Below, in pieces: positions 57,446 to 64,000 of a stretch of DNA of 64,000 bases; position 1 is the first letter of the stretch; each line of letters opens with the position of its first letter. The stretch lies in NCBI GenBank assembly GCA_026705295.1, contig JAPPBA010000039.1:3504-67503 (forward strand), read 5' to 3'. The notes beneath the pieces were generated by a model. That model was not told where the DNA came from and made no database searches. It saw only the letters and a program-made list of their open reading frames with translations. The stretch is from Candidatus Palauibacter australiensis (lineage in GTDB: Bacteria > Gemmatimonadota > Gemmatimonadetes > Palauibacterales > Palauibacteraceae). The position numbers were made by a program, and so were the translations under genes.

Positions 57446-58570
57446 ATGGCGCGGCCGCTCCGGATCCTCCTGCTCAACTGGCAGGACCGGGAGAACCCCG
57501 AGGCCGGCGGCGCCGAGGTGCACCTCCACGAGATCTTCGGCCGGCTCGCGGCCCGCGGACACCTCGTGCGGGGCGTCGTGAGCGGGTGGCCGGGCGCGGC
57601 CCCGTCCGCGACGCTCGATGGCATCGACTTCCAGCGGGTCGGAAACCGGCACAGCTACGCGTGGCGAGCCCGGCGGGCCGCGCGGACCGTCGTGCACGAC
57701 TTCGCCCCGGATGTACTCGTCGAAGACATCAACAAGATCCCGCTTTACTCGCCTCGGTGGGCCGGCGTCCCCGTGGTCGCACTCGTTCCGCACCTGTTTG
57801 GGGCGACGGCCTACGCGGAAGTGTCCATCCCGGTCGCGACGGCGGTCTGGGCCGCGGAACGAGCGATTCCCGGCGTCTATCGCCACTGCCCCTTCCAGGC
57901 GATCTCGGAAAGCACCGCGCTCGACCTCACGAAGCGAGGCCTGCTGGCACGCGATATCACAGTCATCCCGCCCGGCATCGACCACGACACCTTTCGTCCG
58001 GATGCGGCGACGGAGCGTGCGGAAGCACCGACGCTGCTCTATGTGGGCCGCCTCAAGCGCTACAAGGGACTCGATGTTCTGTTCGAGGCGCTGTCGCGGC
58101 TGAGCGGCCGGCTGCCGGACGCAAGGCTCGTCATCGCGGGCCACGGCAGCGACGAGCGTCGCCTCCGAGGGCTCGTACGGCGGGCGGAACTCTCGCACCG
58201 CGTACGCTTTCTGGGGTACATCTCCGAGGAGGAGAAGGTCGCCTGGCTGCGTCGGGCCTGGGCCGTGGTCTATCCCTCTCCGAAGGAAGGGTGGGGAATG
58301 ACGAATGTGGAGGCGGCCGCGTGCGGGACACCGGTGATCGCTAGCGATTCACCCGGGCTGCGGGAGTCGGTGGTGGCGGGGGAGTCGGGAGTGCTCGCCC
58401 CGCACGGGGAGGCCGCGGCGTGGGCGGCTGCGATCCGCGAAGTTCTTGAGGAGCCGTCGCTGCGCGAACGGCTCGGAAGGGGCGGGGTCGTCCACGCGGC
58501 CCGTTTCTCGTGGTCGCGTGCAGCGGATGAGACGGAAGCGCACCTTTACCAGTCACTCGAACCCCGATGA
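57446..58570 (+). CDS. Family 4 (GT-B fold) glycosyltransferase
   Basis: 'RILLLNWQD...GGAEVHLHEI', 'LLYVGRLKRYKGLDVL', and the E-x7-E region 'PSPKEGWGMTNVEAAACGTPVIASD'. Confidence 0.85.
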   Translation: MARPLRILLLNWQDRENPEAGGAEVHLHEIFGRLAARGHLVRGVVSGWPGAAPSATLDGIDFQRVGNRHSYAWRARRAARTVVHDFAPDVLVEDINKIPLYSPRWAGVPVVALVPHLFGATAYAEVSIPVATAVWAAERAIPGVYRHCPFQAISESTALDLTKRGLLARDITVIPPGIDHDTFRPDAATERAEAPTLLYVGRLKRYKGLDVLFEALSRLSGRLPDARLVIAGHGSDERRLRGLVRRAELSHRVRFLGYISEEEKVAWLRRAWAVVYPSPKEGWGMTNVEAAACGTPVIASDSPGLRESVVAGESGVLAPHGEAAAWAAAIREVLEEPSLRERLGRGGVVHAARFSWSRAADETEAHLYQSLEPR

Positions 58571-58576
58571 GGACCG

Positions 58577-58924
58577 ATGCGAACCATCGTCACCGCGCGT
58601 AACACCGATGTCTCCGACATTCGCGAGATCATCGAGACGCGCTTTACGAACCTGACTCGTTTCGAGCCGCGCGCGTCGAAGGCCGAGATCGTATTCACCG
58701 GAGAGAAGACGCAGGTGCGCGCGGCGGCCGTGATCAGCGTCGACCGCGCCCGCCCCGTGCACGGGGAGGCGGCGGGCCCCGACCCCCGCACGGCGCTCGA
58801 TCGGCTCGCGGACAAGCTGGGAAACCAGCTCCGCCGCAACCACGACCGCTACAACCAGCGCTCGGCGCCGCCGATGGATGAGCTGTTCGGAAGTCCCTTT
58901 GAAGCGGGCGGAGAAGGCGAGTGA
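58577..58924 (+). CDS. hpf: Ribosome hibernation-promoting factor (short HPF/YfiA type)
   Basis: 115 aa. The layout 'IVTARNTDVSDIREIIETRFTNLTRF...AEIVFTGEK...DRLADKLGNQLRR' matches the sigma-54-modulation/HPF fold family. Confidence 0.75.
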   Translation: MRTIVTARNTDVSDIREIIETRFTNLTRFEPRASKAEIVFTGEKTQVRAAAVISVDRARPVHGEAAGPDPRTALDRLADKLGNQLRRNHDRYNQRSAPPMDELFGSPFEAGGEGE

Positions 58925-59877
58925 CCCTCACGGTCGCGTCGCTGCTCCGGCGCAAGCGGGAGGCGTTTTCGCTCACGGTCGTGGCTGGCGAGTCCGGCCT
59001 CGAGCGCGGGATCGAGGTGCCGGAAGTCTCGTCGCCGGGACTCGCGCTGGCGGGCTACCGGGAGCGCTTCGTCTCCCAGCGCGTGCTCATCTTCGGCGAA
59101 ACGGAGATCGCCTATCTCGAGAGCCTGCGCGCCTCGGAACGCGCCGCCGCCCTCACGTTCGTGTTCGAGTCCGGGGTTCCCTGCGCGATCATCACCAAGA
59201 GCCAGGCGCCGCCGAAGGAACTCGTCTCCGCGGCGGAGGCGGCCGGCGTGACCGTGCTCGAAACGCCGCTGAAGACGGGCGACTTCTACCGGAGGCTGCA
59301 GCCCTATCTCGAGGAGGAATTCGCGCCGCGGACTTCCCTCCACGGCTCTCTCGCGGACGTGTACGGGATCGGCCTCCTCTTCATCGGGCCCTCGGGCATC
59401 GGCAAGAGCGAGTGCGTGCTCGATCTCGTGGAGAGGGGGCACCGCCTCGTCGCCGACGATCTCATCCTCGTGCACCGCCGCCAGAGCGACATCCTTCTGG
59501 GACGCGCCCACGAACACCAGCGTCATCACATGGAGATCCGGGGCGTGGGCATCATCGATGTGCGCGCCATGTTCGGGATCCGGGCCGTGCGTCAGCAGAA
59601 GCGGATCGAGGTCGTCGTCGAACTCGAAGTCTGGGGAGAGCGGGACGACTACGATCGAACGGGCCTCGAGGCGGAGGAGTGCGAGATCCTGGGCGTGAAG
59701 CTGCCGAAGGTCCGCATCCCGCTGAACCCGGGCAAGAACATCACGGTCATCGCCGAAGTCGTGGCCATGAACCACCTCCTCCGCTATTCTGGGGAGGACC
59801 CGGCGGCGGCCTTCGAGCGCGACCTCATCGAGCGCATGCGGCCGGTGCGCGACTATCTCGAATCCGATGACGAATAG
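58921..59877 (+). CDS. hprK: HPr kinase/phosphorylase
   Basis: Walker A 'GPSGIGKSE', 'LVADDLILV', and the signature 'HMEIRGVGIIDVRAMFG'. The GTG start overlaps the hpf stop. Confidence 0.9.
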   Translation: MTLTVASLLRRKREAFSLTVVAGESGLERGIEVPEVSSPGLALAGYRERFVSQRVLIFGETEIAYLESLRASERAAALTFVFESGVPCAIITKSQAPPKELVSAAEAAGVTVLETPLKTGDFYRRLQPYLEEEFAPRTSLHGSLADVYGIGLLFIGPSGIGKSECVLDLVERGHRLVADDLILVHRRQSDILLGRAHEHQRHHMEIRGVGIIDVRAMFGIRAVRQQKRIEVVVELEVWGERDDYDRTGLEAEECEILGVKLPKVRIPLNPGKNITVIAEVVAMNHLLRYSGEDPAAAFERDLIERMRPVRDYLESDDE

Positions 59878-60268
59878 CCGGGTTCGCGGCGTCGTCGTGG
59901 CGCACGCGGAACTTGCACATGCCCTCGTGTCCGCCGTCGAAGCCATCAGCGGCATCAGGGGCGCGCTGCACGCCGTGAGCAACGAAGGTCTGGCGCCCGA
60001 CGAACTCGCCGAGATCATCGGAGAGGCGGCGGGCGGCGGGGAGGCCATCCTCTTCGCGGATCTTGCGGGCGGCAGTTGCGGCCTGGCCAGCCTTCGGCAT
60101 GTGCGGGAGAGCGGGGGCGGCGCGTGGATCACGGGCGTCAACCTTCCGATGCTGCTCGACTTCGTCTTTCATCGCGAAATGCCGCTCGAGGCGCTCGTCC
60201 CCCGCCTTCTCCGGAAGGGACAGGCCGGACAGCGCACGCACCCGTCCCCGCCGGCCGGGACCGACTGA
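59867..60268 (+). CDS. PTS EIIA component, mannose family
   Basis: N-terminal 'GVVVAHAELAHAL' (a His at the position expected for the phosphorylated histidine) and 'ILFADLAGGSC'. It overlaps the hprK end by 11 nt. Confidence 0.75.
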   Translation: MTNSRVRGVVVAHAELAHALVSAVEAISGIRGALHAVSNEGLAPDELAEIIGEAAGGGEAILFADLAGGSCGLASLRHVRESGGGAWITGVNLPMLLDFVFHREMPLEALVPRLLRKGQAGQRTHPSPPAGTD

Positions 60269-60277
60269 GCCGGACGC

Positions 60278-60757
60278 GTGCCGCTCGAACTCCTGCGGAT
60301 CGATGAGCGTCTGATCCACGGCCAGGTGCTCGTGGGCTGGGGGCGTCCCCTGGACCTCGATTTCTACATCATCGTCGATGAAGCCCTCGCCTCGAGCGAA
60401 TGGGAGCAGGAACTCTGGGCCAGCGCGCTCGCCGACGAGGAGCGCGCCGAGTTTCTCGGGGTGGACGAGGCGGCGCGGCGCTTCGGGGAGCTGAGCTCCC
60501 GGGTGGAGAGGGGCGCGCTCCTGACGCGGGACACGGCCACGATGCGGGCGCTGGCGGAGCGTGGCTGCCTCGACGGACGGACGGTGAACGTGGGAGGGGT
60601 GTACGCCGCGGGAGGGCGAAAGAAGATTCTCGACTACGTATATCTCTCCCCGGAAGAGGTCGAGGACCTGCGGGCGATCGGTGAGCACGCTTCCGTGAGC
60701 GCCCGGAACCTCCCCACCGCACCCGAGGTCCGTCTCGACGCGCGGAAGCTCCGATGA
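60278..60757 (+). CDS. PTS EIIB component, mannose/fructose/sorbose family
   Basis: 'LLRIDERLIHGQVLVGW' matches the IIB(Man) phospho-histidine motif (RIDxRLIHGQV). 'VNVGG' is also present. Confidence 0.8.
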   Translation: MPLELLRIDERLIHGQVLVGWGRPLDLDFYIIVDEALASSEWEQELWASALADEERAEFLGVDEAARRFGELSSRVERGALLTRDTATMRALAERGCLDGRTVNVGGVYAAGGRKKILDYVYLSPEEVEDLRAIGEHASVSARNLPTAPEVRLDARKLR

Positions 60758-61452
60758 CGGGGGTTGAACTCACGGTCGGCGACTGGGCGCTGGCCTGTCT
60801 GCTCGGTGCGGTCATCGGTCTCGACGAGGTGTCCTGGCCGCAGGCCATGTGGTCCCGGCCCGTCGTGGCGGGTACGCTGGGAGGTGTGCTCTTCGGGGCG
60901 CCCGCCGCAGGTTGCCTGATCGGAGTGTGGCTGGAACTCGTCCTTTCGCGGCATCCGCCCTTCGGCGGCGCGCGGCACCCGGAAACGGGGCCGGCCTCCT
61001 TCACGGCCGGTGCGGCATACGCGGTCGCCGGCGGCGGCGCCCCGGCCGGCATCGTCGCCGCGGTCGCGGTCGGATGGGCGGTCGGGTGGACGGGCGCGTA
61101 CTCGGTGACGCTCCTCCGGCGCGTGACGCCGAGGCTCGTCTCCAGGCCCGACGGCTTTCCCGCGGGAGCCGCCGCCCTCGCGCGACGCCACCGGCTGGCG
61201 TTGGCCCTGGACGGGTTGCGCGCCGGACTCCTCGTCGCCGCGCTGCTCGTGCCGTCCGCTCTGTTCGTGCGTCTGCTGTCGACGCAGCCTCCCGGCGCGC
61301 CGGCCGCCGCCTGGTGGACCGTGGTCGCGGGGCTTGGACTCGCCGGAGCCGCGGGCGTCGCGGCTCGCGGGCTCGGCGCGGGAGCCCGCCACTGGCCCGC
61401 GCTGGCCGCGGGCTGCGTCCTGGGAACCCTTCTCGTCCGGGTGCTCTCGTGA
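60754..61452 (+). CDS. PTS EIIC-like membrane component, mannose family (short, A/G-rich)
   Basis: A 232-aa polytopic protein that begins with the IIC(Man)-like 'ACLLGAVIGLDEVSWPQAMWSRPVVAGTLGGVLFG'. Its position between IIB and IID supports the call. It looks divergent. Confidence 0.6.
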   Translation: MTGVELTVGDWALACLLGAVIGLDEVSWPQAMWSRPVVAGTLGGVLFGAPAAGCLIGVWLELVLSRHPPFGGARHPETGPASFTAGAAYAVAGGGAPAGIVAAVAVGWAVGWTGAYSVTLLRRVTPRLVSRPDGFPAGAAALARRHRLALALDGLRAGLLVAALLVPSALFVRLLSTQPPGAPAAAWWTVVAGLGLAGAAGVAARGLGAGARHWPALAAGCVLGTLLVRVLS

Positions 61453-62177
61453 GGCCGCGTCGGAGGGATTTTGCACGCGCCATCCTGCGCAGTTTTTCCA
61501 TCCAGGGCTCATGGAACGACCGTACGATGACGGGGCCGGGGTTGGCGCATGCGCTCGCGCCGCTGCTTGCGCGGATCCACGCGGACGATCCCGCCGCGTT
61601 CCGGCAGGCCGTGCAGCGCCATTCACTGGCTTTCAACGCGCATCCGTACCTCGCCCCCGTCGCCATCGGCGCCCTCGCGCGCCTCGAATTCGACGGCGAT
61701 GACGCCGACACCCTGTCGCGCTTCCGTTCCGCCCTCCGCGCGCCCCTCGGGGCGCTGGGCGACGGGGTCGCGTGGGCCGGCTGGCGGCCCTTCTGCACAT
61801 CCGCCGCCGCCATCGGGTTCGTGCTTGGACTCGACGCCCTGTTCACCGCCGGGGCGTTCCTCGTCGTGTACAATGCCGGCCACCTCGCCCTCCGCATCTG
61901 GGGACTGCGCTGCGGCTGGCGATCGGGCCGGGCAGTGGCATCGGCGTTGAAGCGGGCCCCGCTGCGCCGGATGGAGAGGGCGCTCGTGCTCACGAACCAG
62001 GTGCTCATCGGAGCCCTGGCTACCCTGCTCATCGGCCAGCTGCCGGGAACCGGCCATGTTCCCTGGCGGGATGGCGGTGCAGTCATCGTGGCGCTGATGG
62101 GTTACCTTGTCCCTCGACACATCTCGGCGGTCGCCATGGCGAGCCTCCTTGCCGCGTGCGCGGTGTGGCTCCTGTGA
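61449..62177 (+). CDS. PTS EIID-like membrane component, mannose family
   Basis: N-terminal 'ILRSFSIQGSWNDRTM' resembles the IID(Man) 'R...Q.SWNYERMQ' block. 'FNAHPYLAPVAIGA' and C-terminal TM helices follow. The GTG start overlaps the IIC stop. Confidence 0.65.
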   Translation: MRPRRRDFARAILRSFSIQGSWNDRTMTGPGLAHALAPLLARIHADDPAAFRQAVQRHSLAFNAHPYLAPVAIGALARLEFDGDDADTLSRFRSALRAPLGALGDGVAWAGWRPFCTSAAAIGFVLGLDALFTAGAFLVVYNAGHLALRIWGLRCGWRSGRAVASALKRAPLRRMERALVLTNQVLIGALATLLIGQLPGTGHVPWRDGGAVIVALMGYLVPRHISAVAMASLLAACAVWLL

Positions 62178-62256
62178 GCGTTCCGACAGGCGGTGCAGCC
62201 TGCCGCGACGCGCGGCCCGACGCCGATCGTTCGCTCGACCGGAGCGGAAAGTTCCT

Positions 62257-62565
62257 GTGACGAAGCAACACGAATCAGCGGTACGTATTCGGAACCGGCT
62301 GGGACTGCACGCCCGGCCGGCCGCGGAGTTCGTTAAGCTGGCGAGCCGGTTCCGTGCCGAGGTGCGGGTCGAGAAGGATGAGCTGGAGGTGAACGGGAAG
62401 AGCATCATGGGCGTGATGATGCTCGCGGCCGAGGCCGGCGCCTCCATCCGTATCCGGGCCATGGGGTCCGACGCGGCAAACGCCGTCGATTCGCTCACTG
62501 AACTCGTCCTGTCCGGGTTCAGCGAGGAACTCGCTCCGGAAGCGGACACGGACGGGCCGACGTGA
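62257..62565 (+). CDS. ptsH: Phosphocarrier protein HPr
   Basis: His15 motif 'GLHARPAAEF' and the Ser46 region 'VNGKSIMGVMML', which is the target of HprK. Confidence 0.9.
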   Translation: MTKQHESAVRIRNRLGLHARPAAEFVKLASRFRAEVRVEKDELEVNGKSIMGVMMLAAEAGASIRIRAMGSDAANAVDSLTELVLSGFSEELAPEADTDGPT

Positions 62566-64000
62566 GCGAGGTCGTTCACGGGATCGGGGCCGCGCCGGGG
62601 CGTGCACTCGGCGTCGTGCGGCGACTTGAGCGTCACGAGTGGCGGCCGGAGCACCGGACGATCCCCTCCGACGCCGTCGAGCCCGAGGTCGAGCGTTTCG
62701 AGGAGGCGCTGTCCTGGGCCGCCGACCGCGTCCGGGACACGCGCGAGCAGGCGGCGCGCTCGCTTGGCGAGGTCGAAGCCAAGATCTTCGACCCGCAGAT
62801 TCTCATCCTCTCGGATCCGGATCTCGTTGCGGGCACCATCCGCTATATCCGGGAGAATTTCCTCTCCGCGGAGCGCGCCTTCGACTGGCGCCTGACCGAG
62901 CTTCGGACGGCGATCATCGATGCGGGGCACTTCATGGTCGTCGACCGGCTGGCCGATCTGCGGGACATTCGGTCTCGCGTCCTCGCGCGGCTCACCGGGC
63001 GCGATGAAGATCCGCTCGCCCTTCCGAATGATCCCGGGCTCATCGCCGTTGACGACCTCACACCCAGCTTCGCGGTGCGACTCGACCCGGAACTCGTTCT
63101 CGGTGTGGCGAGCGGATCCGGGTCCCGCACCTCGCACAGCACGCTGGTAGCCCGCTCTCTGGGTATTCCGGCAGTCGTCGGACTCGGTGCCGACCTCGCA
63201 AAAATCGAAGACGGAACCACCGTTCTCCTCGACGGAGGCAACGGTCGCGTCCTGATCGAGCCCACGGAGGCGGAGAAGGCGGCACACGTGCGGATGGTCC
63301 GCCGCCTTTCCGGACGTCCCGCCGCCGACCTCGCCAGCGAACCCGTGCCCCTGGTAACGGCGGACGGGGTCCGTGTCCATCTGCGCGCCAACATCGACCA
63401 GCCGCACGATGTGCCCGCAGCCCGGCGCGTGGGTGCCGAGGGGGTCGGGCTCTTCCGGTCCGAATTCCTTGTCATCGGACGGAGGGTGATTCCAAGCGAG
63501 GAGGAGCAGTACGAAGCCTACTGCGAGGTCGTGGACGGATTCCCGAACCAGCCCGTGACGCTTCGGACGTTCGATATCGGCGGCGACAAGTTCCCGCTCT
63601 TTCTCGACCTCCCTCCGGAGGACAACCCCTACCTGGGCTGGCGCGCCATCCGCGTCTGCCTGGATCGGCCGCAGCTCTTCCGCAACCAGTTGCGCGCCGC
63701 CATCCGGGCCGGCGGACCGGAAGCCCGCATGCGGATCCTCGTCCCCTTCGTCATCTGCGAGACCGAGATTCTGCGCACAAAGGAAATCGTGGCGGAAGTC
63801 GGCCGCGAGGTGGGCCAGACGGAACCCGTCCCCTTCGGCGTGATGGTGGAGACGCCCGCGCTTGCGGACACCCTCGATCTCGTGGGGCGTCACCTCGATT
63901 TCATCAGTCTCGGCACGAACGACCTGACGCAGTACTCGCTCGCCGTGGACCGCGGCAACGCCCGGCTCCAGCACCTCTCGAACCCCATGCACCCCGCACT
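62562..64000 (+). CDS. ptsI: Phosphoenolpyruvate-protein phosphotransferase (PTS enzyme I), 3' end outside the window
   Basis: My own translation from GTG 62562 (overlapping the ptsH stop) stays open to the window end. It contains 'GSGSRTSHSTLVARSLGIPAVVG' (active-site His), 'GLFRSEFL', 'LRTFDIGGDK' and 'ISLGTNDLTQYSLAVDRGN'. Confidence 0.9.
   Translation, partial: MSEVVHGIGAAPGRALGVVRRLERHEWRPEHRTIPSDAVEPEVERFEEALSWAADRVRDTREQAARSLGEVEAKIFDPQILILSDPDLVAGTIRYIRENFLSAERAFDWRLTELRTAIIDAGHFMVVDRLADLRDIRSRVLARLTGRDEDPLALPNDPGLIAVDDLTPSFAVRLDPELVLGVASGSGSRTSHSTLVARSLGIPAVVGLGADLAKIEDGTTVLLDGGNGRVLIEPTEAEKAAHVRMVRRLSGRPAADLASEPVPLVTADGVRVHLRANIDQPHDVPAARRVGAEGVGLFRSEFLVIGRRVIPSEEEQYEAYCEVVDGFPNQPVTLRTFDIGGDKFPLFLDLPPEDNPYLGWRAIRVCLDRPQLFRNQLRAAIRAGGPEARMRILVPFVICETEILRTKEIVAEVGREVGQTEPVPFGVMVETPALADTLDLVGRHLDFISLGTNDLTQYSLAVDRGNARLQHLSNPMHPA

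Overview
This 64-kb window comes from a very GC-rich bacterial chromosome, roughly two-thirds to 70% G+C by eye (not computed). It shows diderm hallmarks: an Mla/MCE lipid-transport operon, many lipobox lipoproteins, a TonB-like membrane anchor, a Tat-exported MsrP and a caa3-type cytochrome oxidase.

The window is almost entirely core housekeeping genes. I call about 58 CDS:
- Translation and RNA: hisS (partial), valS, argS, rpsA, rsmI, rnz, nusB, hpf.
- Nucleotide and cofactor synthesis: guaA, purN, purH, purM, ribD-ribE-ribBA-ribH, an aroA-cmk fusion.
- Other: clpB, trxA, selA, msrP, ctaCDEF, a propionyl-CoA to succinyl-CoA gene set, and an hpf-hprK-mannose-family PTS-ptsH-ptsI cluster that runs off the right edge.

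I found no rRNA, tRNA, CRISPR array, transposase, integrase, phage gene or recognisable defence system. Genes are extremely tightly packed. By my coordinates about 23 junctions are 4-nt NTGA start/stop overlaps, often between functionally unrelated genes.

I do not see a clear-cut new system. The best candidates for a second look are:
1. A translationally coupled four-gene envelope module of uncharacterised proteins (14071-21520), whose last member has a TonB-type SxxxH anchor but no TonB C-terminal domain.
2. A 181-nt palindromic element with perfect 21-bp terminal inverted repeats in a divergent intergenic region (35543-35723). Its arm recurs in a shorter hairpin just downstream of trxA.
3. 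A complete HprK + EIIA/B/C/D(Man) + HPr + EI cluster in a diderm-type genome.
4. Smaller oddities: the aroA-cmk fusion, a 6 x 21-bp in-frame tandem repeat, an isolated selA, an RNase Z gene with no canonical start codon, and a low-GC3 patch inside valS.

All functional calls rest on my recognition of motifs in the supplied translations. No database search was run.
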